A stretch of DNA of 63,532 bases, counting the filler, from Craspedostauros australis (lineage: Eukaryota): NCBI GenBank assembly GCA_030167865.1. It is 12 parts of 12 records of this genome, joined end to end, with 100 filler letters (N's around TTAATTAATTAA, not from the genome) between each part and the next. Parts side by side here need not be neighbours in the genome. Positions count along the whole stretch, not along the records: positions 49,512 to 51,435 come from JALAGF010005190.1; positions 51,536 to 56,825 come from JALAGF010005192.1; positions 56,926 to 59,269 come from JALAGF010005193.1; positions 59,370 to 63,532 come from JALAGF010005195.1; 8 more parts are not named here. One strand, given 5' to 3'. The notes beneath the pieces are model-generated. The model did not search any database, had not been told where the DNA came from, and saw only the letters and a list, made by a program, of their open reading frames with translations. Below are positions 49,512 to 63,149 of this stretch, piece by piece. The translations under genes were made by a program, and so were the position numbers. The first letter of the stretch is position 1. The number at the start of each line of letters is the position of its first letter.

Positions 49512-50890
49512 ACGTAATGAAATAGCAAACGAACGACTATCAACCAATACCATCTTCCACGATCGTAGGTTACCGTGAGCGGAACTTGCCAACATTCGAT
49601 GCATACTCCGCATTCGACACTCTGTTCGTTCAGTACTAGCTTCTACTCCATGAGTACTTACCATTTGAAGTTCACCTTCAGTATCCATGATCTTCATGGG
49701 TCATTGCATCTTCGCCTCCTGCNNNNNNNNNNNNNNNNNNNNNNNNNNNNNNNNNNNNNNNNNNNNNNNNNNNNNNNNNNNNNNNNNNNNNNNNNNNNNN
49801 NNNNNTTAGTTGGGAAGTACCTCGAGATTCTCTTGGTACCATTGATGGATGGACGGACGATCTTCTGATTCTCCCAGAAATCGTTATTTACAAATTTCCT
49901 CCAGAAATCTTGCCCCTTTTTGTGTGTTCCATTTCCGCTGTAATTCTGACGAATCACAGTATACTATAGACACGAATGTAGTTATACCGTCTAAGTGCGT
50001 ATGAGAGAATAGCGGGTGAACGATGCACATATACACGTACATCTTGACGTATACTCACATGTACATCTCGACACAGGTCAGCATACCATGACTAAGATAT
50101 AATCTCGATTCCGAGGATCACAATGACCGATCCTCTGACGTCATACGATGATGTCAGTGCCTACGTCAGGTTCGATGACTGTAGTGACTGAATNTCAATC
50201 GTGTATCAAGACTCACTCGACTATACTCTCAAATCGAGTCGAATCAAAAATAATGAATCACGTTTCAGTCATGGGAGATGGGTACCTAATTTCGCTCTAG
50301 ATGTTGATAAACAGATTGAAGCACCAAGAGCATTGGGCAAGAGAACGGGCGTACACCGAGAGCATCGGAGTAGCCAACTAATGAAATAGCAAATGAACGA
50401 CTATCAACCAACACCACCTTCCACGATCGTAGGTTACCGTGAGTGGGACTTGCCAACATATACTATCACCACCACTCCAGATTCCCAATATGATCACACC
50501 CTTGACCCAACACAAACATGACTGATCTCAGTTATACCAAGAAAATCAGCCTGTCTCCCTCTAACAAGAAAACCATGATGACACAAGACAGGATGTCCCA
50601 ACGTTAGACAGACAATGTGACAACTCAGTTGATGGCGTCATAGGAGAAGGATTGCAGGGCAATGGGTAGGAGTTGCATCTCATCTGAGAAACAGAAACCT
50701 ACATCTGGAGGATGTAACACATGTCTCCGATGGACAAGATCATTTGTATGAATGGACAATCAGAATGATTCAGAAAAGCAAATCAAGATGACACCAATTG
50801 TAAAGCAGGTGCAATCAAGATGTCACAGGATCGAGGCAAAACTTGTGACAAGATGGATGCATGACTGCGGAAACGTACTGCATGAATGTA
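49512..50890. mobile_element. Cluster of nested LTR-like fragments (family B ends at 49593 and 50458, inverted family B at 49806-50080, family A at 50510-50890)
   Basis: Shared blocks TAATGAAATAG...CTTCCACGAT...ACTTGCCAACA; TTTCCTCCAGAAAT and TGTACATCTCGACACAGGT are reverse complements of sequence in 42600-42800. Confidence 0.8.
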
Positions 50891-51739
50891 GACAATAACA
50901 AGTGTGCAGATATGCACAATGAGATGTCATGACAAGGACATGATGAGATGCACATGAAGATGTATGAAGCAAGGCATGATGATCACTAGGGAGAGCAGCT
51001 ATGAATACAACGGTATCTCATGATGGTACTACAGAGCATGCCTGATGTGAAATTGAAAGAGATGATGAGATTGAGCTCACAGTTCTGAAACAGTATGATC
51101 GAATAACAGATTAGATTACTACTACTATAACTCTGGATTTCCAACACACTTTGTTAAGAGTGCAAAGATGCATATGACCTACAAGTATACAGGGCGTGAA
51201 GATGATGATGTAGAAGCAAGAGAGAGAGAGAGAGAGAAAGAGTAGCATCACCCATGTCAGTGCAGGTGCAGCCACAGCCGCAACACGATTGGTGACGAGT
51301 GGTACGACTGATGAAGGCTTGCAACGGAGACGTGGCTCCGTCTGCTCCGCTCTTTGGACAGGAGCTCTCTGCTCCTGCCACTACTGCACAAACTTTTGGC
51401 AACGATCAATGCGAACATCATCCTTGACCCTGCACNNNNNNNNNNNNNNNNNNNNNNNNNNNNNNNNNNNNNNNNNNNNTTAATTAATTAANNNNNNNNN
51501 NNNNNNNNNNNNNNNNNNNNNNNNNNNNNNNNNNNGTGCGCATTACCAATACTCCCGTGATCATCCAAACACGAGTCCGTCTGCCCAAACAGCAACAGCA
51601 AAAAACTCGGCGAGTGGTGCAACCAAATTGCAGAACGAATCCAATCAGGGGACCAAACAGCACCATCCGCACAAAAAGACACCGCAGCAATCAAAACATC
51701 ACATCCCATGCACTGTGTCATTCACATCATCACAACCAT

Positions 51740-52880
51740 TGGACTGTTCCATCCGCATCCGCATCAACACCAAGCCACATCAACTGGACTGTCGAATCCG
51801 CATCCACTCGCACCAAGCCACAACCATTTGACTTGCACATCCACATCAACTCCCATCAAGCCACACCAACTGGACTGTTGAATCCGCATCCAGTCGCACC
51901 AACTGGACTGTCGAATCCACATCCACTCGCACCCAGTCGCACCCAGTCACACCAACTGATCTGTCGAATTCATATCCACTCTCACCAACTGGACTGTCGA
52001 ATTCATATCCACTCTCACCAAGCCACACCAACTTATCTGTTGAATCCACACCCAGTCGCACNNNNNNNNNNNNNNNNNNNNNNNNNNNNNNNNNNNNNNN
52101 NNNNNNNNNNNCATATCCACTCTCACCAACTCGACTGTCGAATCCACACCCAGTCGTACCAAGCCACACCAACTGGACTGTCGAATTCATATCCAGTGGC
52201 ACCAACTGGACTGTCGAATTCATATCCACTCTCACCAAGCCACACCAACTTATCTGTTGAATCCACACCCAGTCGCACCAACTGGACTGTCGAATCCACA
52301 CCCAGTCGCACCCATCCACACCAACTGGACTGTCGAATTCATATCAACTCTCACCAACTGGACTGTCGAATTCATATCCACTCTCACCAAGCCACACCAA
52401 CTTATCTGTTGAATCCACACCCAGTCGCACCAACTGGACTGTCGAATTCATATCCACTCTCACCAACTCGACTGTCGAATCCACACCCAGTCGCACCCAT
52501 CCACACCAACTTATCTGTTGAATCCACACCCAGTCGCACCAACTGGACTGTCGAATCCACACCCAGTCGCACCCATCCACACCAACTGGACTGTCGAATT
52601 CATATCCACTCTCACCAACTGGACTGTCGAATCCACACCCAGTCGTACCAAGCCACACCAACTGATCTGTTGAATCCACACCCAGTCGCACCAACTGGAC
52701 TGTCGAATCCACACCCACTCTCACCAAGCCACACCAACTGATCTGTCGAATCCACACCCAGTCGCACCCAACCACACCAACTGGACTGTCGAATCCACAT
52801 CCACTCCCACCAAGTTACAACCATCCGACTGGCACATCCACCAGCACTCGCGCCAAGCCACATCCATTGGACTGTCGACT
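51740..52880. repeat. Mosaic minisatellite of 33-bp units with optional 10-bp linkers
   Basis: Units CACCAACT-(GGACTGTCG|TATCTGTTG)-AAT-(TCATATCCACTCT|CCACACCCAGTCG) with linkers CACCAAGCCA / CACCCATCCA; over 20 units, with one gap. Confidence 0.92.
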
Positions 52881-54260
52881 GCATGCCCACTCACTCCAGA
52901 TGACACGCATTCGACTGTAGAGTCAGCATATGCATCCACTCACTCCAAATCACATCCTTTTGCACCGAGGTGTTTGCATGCACTCACCGCAAATCACATG
53001 TGTTGCCTCATGATATCTATTTTGGATGACATCCTTTGCTCTGTGGCATCCGTGCCACATCATATCCCTTGGACTGTCGAATCCGTATTGCATTGTTCTG
53101 GCGTCCTCATCCATTGTACAATTGCATCTGCGTCACATTGGCACTGCATCACATTTCGTTCGCTGTCGCATCCACCCACATCCACTCACATGACATCATG
53201 TCCATTGCGTCATCACATCTCCATCCATCCACACTTCATCACATCCATGGTTCTGTCACATCACATTACATCCATCTAATGATGCACCACATTTTGCCAT
53301 ACCTATGGCACTTGTCGTTGAGGTTTGGTGCTCCAGTGTGGAACTTGTGATGTGAGACAGTTTGGTCCAGAACAACATTGCAATCCATCCAAAAAACTAT
53401 CATGCTATGTAGCAGCACCAGATCATTCGAAAAGGAGAAGAAGTGTGCCTTGTGAACACCTCACTGGCGATGTATAGGAATATTGGGTGTACATTGAAAT
53501 TGACTTAGATTTAACATCATTTTTGTTGATATCGTGTGATTGTGTGCTCCCCCAAACTATGCAGGGCATCATACTGCTGTCACTTCGCCATCCAAGATGA
53601 TGTGCGCCATTGTGTCATTCCACCTGGGTGCCACATTGTCTCCATATACCCCATATGTATCCATCCCTGACAAGCATGCACTGTTATATCTCGATTCAGT
53701 GCACATTGTCAGCACACAGTTGAAAACCAACATGTTTGGCAATGAAGGTCGATCCGGAGGCGGCTGCTGTGCTGGATCATATCTCTTGCTCGCAACCATG
53801 TCAGTTCTCCTCATGTAGCACACCTCAGTACCTGATGTATTGAGGACACCCCGATGTATCCCAAATTGCTCCAAGTTGCATCTCTGCAATTCAATCCATC
53901 CTGATGCTGTTGCCATTGTCAGTTGTCTTTCATGTCAATAACATGCATTTGCTGCATTTGATCGATTGCAACCTCTTCCATTCAATAAATCCAATCCCCA
54001 CTTCTCCATCCCATTTGTGGCTTGATGCTTCACATAGCTTGCATGGGTGGGTTGGCAATGTGGTGGATGTTCATATGCACCACCACACCAGCAAAAGTCA
54101 TGTGATAGGTGCTTCACCATCTCTCGGAAACCTATTGTCCTCCGCTTGTTCCTTTCTGTCAACACTTTCCAGGCAGTCTTTCAACCTCAAACTTTGTAGG
54201 AACCTCCAACTTTATTCTTTTTGATGCGTCCTGCCCATCAATAGTTGTCGGAATGTCAAT

Positions 54261-55200
54261 GTGGAGGTGGGTCGTCTGGCGGGCGCGGTGAGAGTGTCCT
54301 TGCCAGAGGAGCACGTCTACAGGGGTTATATATATGGGGAGCAAGTGTCATTTCATCGTCAGTTCAAGCTGATGTCGGTACGGTTTGCCAGTGTTTCGGA
54401 GCGGCGCGCAGCCCAGGAGGCCATTGGGGTCCTGCAGGCAAGGCGAGTGCTCCATCACGGCGACCAGGTACATTGGGCAGCCGTCGCGGGAGCGTTGCAA
54501 GGCCTTGACCACGCAAAGAAGATTCTCTCAATCAAGCTCATAGCTGGAGAGGCGGCTACAGGCCAACACATGAAGCGATGGGGCCTGTGCGACTCTGATA
54601 AGTGTCCCAATTGTGGGAAACGGGAGAGCAGTGAGCACTTTTGGGAGTGCAGAGACCGGGCGAGAGTGCAAGCGGCGACCAGACACATGGCGAGCATATG
54701 CGGCTGGATGCAGAAATATCCCACAAGCCTGGGCGTCATGCAGGCGATAGTTTCGGCGCTGTGCAGCCAAATCAGCAGCATGGTCCTGTTACGTCTGGCG
54801 GATATGAGTGTGTGGGCATGCAGACAGCGGTAGGAAGCCAGCAGTCCATAGGAGCGACGGCCTTGCGAAAGGGTTTGCTCTCCGAACAATGGAGTATCCT
54901 CCAAGGTGAATTCTGAAAAGTCGGGACACCAAAAAAACGGCCAGAAAGTGGTCAGCACAACTCATTCGGGGAATCTGGAAAATAGCGTGGGAGCAATGGC
55001 AGCTTCGGAACGAAGCGCAGTGTCATCAAGAAGACTCGGCCGAAGCCGAAATCGAGCAAGCTTTGCAGCAGCGAGTAGCTTCAGTTCGGTGTCGCCTCGA
55101 GGAAGTTCAGCCAAGCCACGAGCGGATGGTCCGCACAGCTCCAGGAAGGGAGGTGCTGGTACAACAGGCCACGGTTTGGCTGGAGCAGGCTGCACGAATA
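54261..55200 (+). mobile_element. Decayed non-LTR retrotransposon (LINE) ORF2 C-terminus
   Basis: VHWAAV...MKRWGLCDSDKCPNCGKRESSEHFWEC (post-RT zinc motif), then in shifted frames QQSIGATALRKGLLSEQW and IWKIAWEQWQLRNE; stops and frameshifts present. Confidence 0.8.
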
Positions 55201-56925
55201 TTGGCGGAGCTGATTGCCCATGGTACATTGCTCCGCTGGATTCAATACAAGCAGCACGCCCAGCCCGATCCCAGTGGAAGTTAGCAGGGTCGCCGAGGGA
55301 GCTCGTCCAGCGTCAGGATGCACATCAAATACGTACTACAGATTCCGTGCTCTGTTCCGGCACGGCAGGAAGTTGCAAAGAGGCGGAGCAAGGCGCCTAC
55401 GGAGCAGATGCCCAGGAGGTAATCTAATCTTTGCATTTTAATTGTTATCAGAGTTGTTGCAATGACTTGTGTCATCCACACACAGCCGGTATCCAACATG
55501 CAAATATGCGGCATTCTTGCACCTTTCGCTTATTTCTCTATCGATGCCTCAAATGAACAACTGCAACAACGCCCTCTCATCCATCCACCAAGATTTTCAT
55601 GGTGGTTACATCTGCACAGTTGGATGTTGCATTGGACTGATTGTTGGTGCAATACGTACTTGGCAGGTACGATCCTTGCAGAGCCTGGATTGATTCCCCC
55701 ATTGTCATTTGCAGACTGAGTACGGTGCAGTTGTGCCTGCTCGTCCTCACGCATTGACTTGGCTTGTTNNNNNNNNNNNNNNNNNNNNNNNNNNNNNNNN
55801 NNNNNNNNNNNNNNNNNNTGATTCCCCCATTGTCATTTGCAGACTGAGTACGGTGCAGTTGTGCCTGCTCGTCCTCACGCATTGACTTGGCTTGTTGTGG
55901 TGAATGCCGAAAGGCGGATGTGTTGGATTTTTTCACAAGACGGAGGCAGCTCCGGAGAACGAAGAAAAGTGGATGCGCGACCCATAATTCGTTTGATTGG
56001 CTGATGCTGTTTGTCATCCGTGTCGAACGTGTACCGGTGACAGAATGGACCTCGAATACAGAAGAGTTGGCATCGTAACGTCAAATCAGTTCCGTTAACC
56101 GCCGGTGAAATCAACGGACACAAGGGATCGAACGCTGAGCAAAGCGATGACAGAACAACGGTAATTGTACGAGGTTTGTTTGAGACACGCACGAAAGAAG
56201 ACCATGTGTGGCACATGTATCGGAGATCATGTTTTACAAAACTTTGTCAAGTCCTCGGACATCCACATGTTCCACACACAGGATCCGAGCCTCATCTTCG
56301 ACGGCCGAGGTCTGTCCGTCGAGGGGTGATACACGACCAATGTCGCAACAACCAACCACCAAAAGGCACGACACGACACCAACACCAACGATCAGCACAA
56401 GCATGCCACACAACAACACGAAGAACCGCGAAGAGAAATGATTCAGGTAGACGCTCTCTAGACGCAAACCGCTGCAATGTAAACGTCAAACTAAAGNNNN
56501 NNNNNNNNNNNNNNNNNNNNNNNNNNNNNNNNNNNNNNNNNNNNNNNNNNNNNNNNNNNNNNNNNNNNNNNNNNNNNNNNNNNNNNNNNNNNNNNNNNNN
56601 NNNNNNNNNNNNNNNNNNNNNNNNNNNNNNNNNNNNNNNNNNNNNNNNNNNNNNNNNNNNNNNNNNNNNNNNNNNAACCAGAAGTAAATTTGCGGTTGCA
56701 ACGTCCGTATGTATCGCGTAGAGCAAAAACCGTGTTGTTTTCACGCAGTGGGGTGTCATGTTTGCGTTGGGGTCTGTTTTTTTGCCATCTGGACCCCTCC
56801 TGAGAGGCCGGAGAAGTGCTTTTAANNNNNNNNNNNNNNNNNNNNNNNNNNNNNNNNNNNNNNNNNNNNTTAATTAATTAANNNNNNNNNNNNNNNNNNN
56901 NNNNNNNNNNNNNNNNNNNNNNNNN

Positions 56926-59269
56926 CCTCTCTCGTGCTAACCGCAAGGGTTACAGAGACATGTTCTTGATGGCCTACTCTGAGGTGGAAGTGAAAGCTCC
57001 TTCTGAGGTCACCGAAGGCCTGGTCCCAACCATCAAGACCAAGGCAGGTACCAAGCTCAAACCCGGCACCAAGGCGAGCGGCAAGGCAAGCGCCAAGCCG
57101 AGCGCTGCGGACCTGGCCGAGTACANNNNNNNNNNNNNNNNNNNNNNNNNNNNNNNNNNNNNNNNNNNNNNNNNNNNNNNNNNNNNNNNNNNNNNNNNNN
57201 NNNNNNNNNNNNNNNNNNNNNNNNNNNNNNNNNNNNNNNNNNNNNNNNNNNNNNNNNNNNNNNNNNNNNNNNNNNNNNNCCCTCGTGCAGCTTGGGTGGC
57301 TCTTGAGCGCATCTATGAGCAGCGCACTGCGCCTATGAAGGCAAAGTTGCTGGCGGAGCTCAATGGGATGCGGCTGAAGAAGGGAGAGAATCCGGATCTC
57401 TTCCTGACGGACATGGAGGTCCTTCGAAACCGACTGATCGACCTGAAGGTGATCGTCGATGTGGAGCANTGTGGAGCAATTCAACATGCTCGTCCTCAAC
57501 GCACTCGGCCGCGAGTACGAGATGGATGTGAAGTTGCTCGAACTCAAGTTCCTAGGAAAGGAACGAGAGATGACTGTGGGGGACATCCGCGAAGCCGTGA
57601 GCCTCACCTACGACCGCCACCATCTCAAACATGGTTATAAGCGCGCAGGCAACAACGGTAGCGAAGAGTTCGCACTGATTGGAGTTGGCCAGTTCAAGGG
57701 AAACTGTCGCAACTGTGGCGCCTACGGGCACAAGAAGGCAGACTGTCGTGCGCCAGCCAAGGGCGGCAACAACAAAAAGAGGGGCGGTGGTGCCAAGAAA
57801 CAAGGCCACCACGCCAACGCCAAAGGCGGACTCAAGAAGGTGCAGTTCGACGGCAAGTGCAACTACTGCGGAAAGGCAGGGCACAAGATCCTTCAGTGCT
57901 TTAAGCTGAAGGCAGCGATGAAAGACGCAGAAAGTGCCAATGTGGCAATGGATGGCGACGATGCGATGGATGATATGGCGCTCATCATCGCGGACGGAGA
58001 CTTCGTCGAAATCAACGATCACAACGAGATCATGATCGATAGCGACGACGAGGACGACATCGTGGAGTTCATGGGAACATTCCCTCCGGCTCCAAGAGCC
58101 GAGTCGCCAACCAACGACAGCAAGGTTGATATCCTCGAGCTCATGAGTGAAGACCTGATTGAGTACGATGTCATCGATGAGATCATCGCGGACAATGAAG
58201 AGATTGCGATGCCTGGAATGGACTTCGATGATGCGCCGACTACGCGTGGAAGAGGAACGACAGTGGCTCGCACTGGTAACCCCATCGATCGCTTCTTGCG
58301 TGAAGAGGTCGACCGCGCATGTGAGGGAAGCAGAATGGACGCATGGTGCCCACTCTGTCTCACTCGCGGAGCGATGTACTCATGGTGCACGGATTGCACC
58401 GAGTATAATCCATTCAAGATCCGCACCCTCTGGGGAGATGACACTTTCCCACCGAGCACTGAAGCCGAGATTGCTCGCCGCCGCGAGATCCTTGGTCGAT
58501 TCGGATCAGTGGAGGACGCCTTAAGGGTCTCCCTATCCAACGTATTGGAGGCGAACGATGTGCGCTTCAATGTGGCGCTTCTATGCTACGACGTAAGAAA
58601 GGCGACCATCGAGACAGGAGCACAGTGTATGGGCGCTCGTGAGCTCTACTACATGCTCACGCAAATCGGCATCAACGGAATGTTCGATGTGTCATGCAAG
58701 CTCGTGATGATTAATGAGCTACTCGAAGAAAGGCAACTCCCACTCCTCCCAAATCACCTGATCGCAAGAATGAGCAAAATGTCAGCTCAGCGACTCATGT
58801 GGATGTACAACTGGGAAGANNNNNNNNNNNNNNNNNNNNNNNNNNNNNNNNNNTTGCCAAAGAAGGGACCCCGTGTGGGGAGTCCGCAATACCGACTGGA
58901 GATGGCGGACCACATCGCGATGGCTACTCGAGGCTATGACTTGGCCATGGTGGTCGGGGACCTCGAGGCGAGAAGCAGCAGCCGCAAGCTCATCGCGCCA
59001 GACCAGCATGAAGCAAACACATGGTTGGGTGACACTGGTGCATCATGCCACCTCACGAATAACGACGAGGGCATGACTAACGTACGTCTCTCTAATTTCT
59101 CGGTGAAGGTCGGAAGCGGTAAATTCTTGCGTGCCACCAAGGTCGGAGATTTACGCATGAAAGTGTTGCAGAAGGACGGCAAGAACGCCATCATCATCCT
59201 GAAGGGAGTGAGGTACGTGCCGAAGCTTTGGGTGAATCTCCTCAGCATCGGTAAAGCACTCCAGAATGG
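56926..59269 (+). mobile_element. Ty1/copia gag-protease, truncated at both contig ends
   Basis: AAWVALERIYE, ENPDLFLTDMEVLRNRL, knuckles CRNCGAYGHKKADC and CNYCGKAGHKILQC, protease WLGDTGASCH...VKVGSG...VRYVPKLWVNLLS. The frame shift at the single N (57469) coincides with a duplicated GTGGAGCA. Confidence 0.93.
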
Positions 59270-61539
59270 NNNNNNNNNNNNNNNNNNNNNNNNNNNNNNN
59301 NNNNNNNNNNNNNTTAATTAATTAANNNNNNNNNNNNNNNNNNNNNNNNNNNNNNNNNNNNNNNNNNNNGAAATACAGCATCACAGTTGCCAGCTGGTGG
59401 TTTCTGGTGGATTCCAAAGAGAGAGGCTAGCGCTAAGTAGCGAGAAGCCTTGAAACCTTTTTGTTCGTCTTCGAAGATGTCAAACAAGACAAGATTGATC
59501 TTATTGGGGCAACGAGAAAACATCAACGTTAAACATGAATCATCCTTTGTATGTGCTTCTGTCGTGCGTTCTCTGTTTGACTCGTGCTGGAAAATATTTG
59601 AATTANNNNNNNNNNNNNNNNNNNNNNNNNNNNNNNNNNNNNNNNNNNNNNNNNNGTTCTCTGTTTGACTCGTGCTGGAAAATATTTGAATTATTTTGAT
59701 CCAATCGTTGTGTTTCCTACTGATCGACAGTTTGGGGGTCATGCGTACAGACGGATGTTATGCCATGTACACAGCACCAGAATGAATTGACGATCGTGTG
59801 GTTCCGTTTCTGTTCCCGTTCCTGTCTCACCAATAGACGCGCCGAATTGGTTGCATCTGGCAGGCGTGCTTCATGACCGTCGCAACGAAACGTCAGGAGA
59901 GCGGGACGAAATGATTGGACAGAGAATCAAATGATGACGTTTGATAGTGTCAACGACGAAATCAAGTGAACAATCATCTCATTTTGAATGTGAACCTGCA
60001 TCATACACGTATCACGCATGTAGACATCATGTAGACAAGCTATTTTGAGGACGAACTCTATTATAGGACATGCTACAAGCCGATATGTAAAATGAACACC
60101 CTTGCTCAAAAGTGACAATGAGAGGGAGGGTCCCACCATTTCCCTCCCCCAGCTTCCTCACTACCACCCAGAAGACTACAGTCACTTCAATGCTTCATCA
60201 ATGCTCTACTTCCAAGGTTCGAGATGATGGTGTTATAATATACCTCACTGATTATAACTGTTAAGTCATGCGCTGGGGGCACTTTGATTCCGCCTCATTT
60301 ATTCTCCGTGTCTGCATGCAGCGGGAACGGATGTGTCGGCATTATGATCGTGTTGGGAGAGAGGGCTGTGTCCATTAGGCAGGTCTGTTTGCTGGCAATG
60401 TTGTGGTAGCAGGGGAATCGTCTCAGGGTGTGATCCGCCTATACTTCCATTTCCAGTTCACAAGCACTGCTGTGGCTGGTGACACATTGCCTCCAAGGCC
60501 TTGGTGCATGGCTTGGACCCACGGAATGAGCTGGGCGGTCTGCTCAGTGTGCGGATGATGCTCCCAAAATGGGTGCAGGACTGCAGGGATGGTGGTTGGC
60601 AGGCATGTTCGCAGCATCTGAAAATATTGGAGCAGCACAGGCGTCGTGTCATCGGAAGTCTGGGATGCCTTGACCTCGGTCCGGCCCTGCCATTGCGCCA
60701 GTGTCGTGTTTCACATGAGGTTGGTGACACTGGCCTGTCAATCGTGAAGCAGTTGGGGGCGCGCCTGCGGTGGTGAGGTGCCATGGGAGGTGCTTGCGCA
60801 CTCCGCTCCACTGCATCGCCCATCCGCACCAAATCATGGCCGTCCAGCCTACTTTGCTTTGCTGCAGCTGTATGGATTTGGTGGGGGAGTCACGAATGCC
60901 GGAGAGACAATGGTGTCAACATGGCTTGGATCCAACACCTGATGTCGAACAGTGTGGACAGGACTATCCACAAATGTCCAACGCAACCATCAGCCATGTT
61001 GTTGAACACAACATCACTCTCCATCATCGTCTCAGTCTGAGGACGCATTGAACTGGAGCGCCTGTCATGTACGTCCATGACACAGTTTGCTTCTACAGAA
61101 GGTCAACACCTCAGAATCCTGGATGGAACCCATCACTCTCCAATCTTCGCGACAGTGGAAAGCTGGAATGCAACTGCTGGCCGATGGAGTGCCAATGAAG
61201 TACACAAACAAAGCATCACTGCACATACAAAAAAAAACATATGTAAAATGTGCATGGGTGCTCCTCCAACCAAAGCAAGCTCATGTGTGGTACAAAGTAG
61301 CTATTCTGCATCCATTGTGATGAGTGCATGGTGTGAGAGCCTGTACAAAGCAGAGAACACAAGAATTAGGATCTTGGTGTGAGGTGGAGTAAAAGCATGA
61401 AGTCTCTGTCCACACAGATGGACAATATCCAGACTGTGACACCCGCTACAATTGATGGACTGGGACAACCAAACGATCCAAAAGTATGTAACTACTCAAA
61501 TCAGTTGCAGCCGCCGCTCGCTTCATGTTGCTGGCCACA

Positions 61540-63010
61540 CAGGGACATCACTCCGGAGACGTGGTCCCAGTGCCTTGTGAAGAGGGACGGAGAGGTCTGC
61601 TTGGTAGACATGTCGGCAGCGATCAAAGCAGACAAGTTTCTGCGAACGCAATGTGGTCGTTTTCCACCCACTGTTGAACAGCAAAATGTCGAATGGCGCC
61701 ATGGCGTGTGCGACGCGAGGGCTGCCGTGCGTTGGCCATCATGAGCGCAGTTCAGTTGTTCTCACACAGCACTGTACCACACCGCTGAAGTACACCAAGC
61801 TTGCCAAGGATGCAACAAATGCATAATGCCATGCGACCAGCATTGGAAGCACAGAGAAGTTCAGCCTCTGTGCTGGACATGGCGACCGTGATCTGCACTC
61901 TTGGTTTCCATGCAACGGCAGCAGCAGCAAGATGGAAAATGATGGACGACACTGACTGTTGTTGCTGAGTGTCCATGGCCCAATCACTGTCAGCATACCT
62001 TTAGAGGAAATTGGGTTGTTCTGCTGGATGGCCAAATACATCATCATGTGCTGGCGTTTGCTTGGCTGGAACAGGCATGGGCGGTAGTGCAGGGACAGCG
62101 TCGGTGCAATGCAGCGCGATGCCTTGAGCGGGAGTGCGGAAGAGATATCGAGAAACCTGCTTGGCGACAGCGAAATGATCTATGGCCAGCCTCGCCAAGA
62201 ATTGCAAGAGTTTCACGATGGGAAGAACAATGGCTGGCCTACAGGTGATCATGGGACAGATGAGTTTGCCAACAGCCTCACAATAGCATTCGATGTCTGC
62301 CTGTGCCTGCTTGAGACCGCATGTATCCAAGGCTTCAGAATCGTCCAGCTTGCGTATGTGCGCATTGCCATCATCCATTGGAGTGAGCGCACCATTCATC
62401 TTCTTCTGCTCATTCCATTTGAAAACCTTATTGAGATGTGTACTATTGTGGATGGAGACATGTGTGGTGGTTTGGATCAGATCTGCACCAATGAAGTGTT
62501 GGAGAACGCTGAATCATTTCATGGGAATGGACAGGAACGAATCCAAGCCCATCGCAGATTGTGGAGCAAGCCGCTACATCGCTGCATGCAATGGCAAAGC
62601 CACCAACCTGACATAGAAAGAGCATGTCATGTTCTTTGTAAGCGCCGCGGTATAGGCATAGAGCATGTGTGGTGGGCCTGAAACCCATGCGCTGCAGCTG
62701 TGCATCGATGTGCACCGCCCACTGCCATAGTGCTTGGGAATGACCCTGAAGATTCTTGCTGATGAGAGTCATGCAGCCGCATGGAATGGGTGCGCGTCCC
62801 TGCAACTGCCACCAGTCACCAAAGGGGCTGTCAACATGCATGTAGTACTTCTGTGCACCACAAGAAGCCTCAGCAAATGCATTGTAAATGTCAGCGCCAT
62901 AGATGGTCTTGTTCTCCATGGTTGTGACAGAAATGAACAGCCAGAAATCCATAGCAGCCAGAGTAGCCATGAATGTGTGCCCTGTGATTGTTGCCTTGCC
63001 TGTTGGAATG
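61540..63010 (-). pseudogene. Heavily decayed Ty1/copia RT-RNase H
   Basis: GADIYNAFAEA, KNLQGH, MGFRPTTHALCLY, FLCQVGGFAIA (DD lost), EAVGKLICPMITCRP, VAWKPRVQITVAMSSTEAEL, VLCENN; multiple stops and frameshifts. Confidence 0.85.
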
Positions 63011-63149
63011 TACATATGTGTATGTGCATCGCTCCCCATTGTTCTCTTATGCTCTACGCACAAGCGGCGCAAACATTTGTGTCGTGAGTGATCTGTGATT
63101 GATCTGTGAGCAATCTGTGAGTGGTCTGTGATTGATCTGTGGTTGATCG

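Noticed and set aside
53400..54230. Further decayed LINE RT-like fragment on the minus strand
   Set aside because: Only faint hints (GIGFIEW...) among many stops; cannot be supported without a search.
57460..57480. Programmed ribosomal frameshift in copia gag
   Set aside because: GTGGAGCA is duplicated around a single N; assembly artefact.
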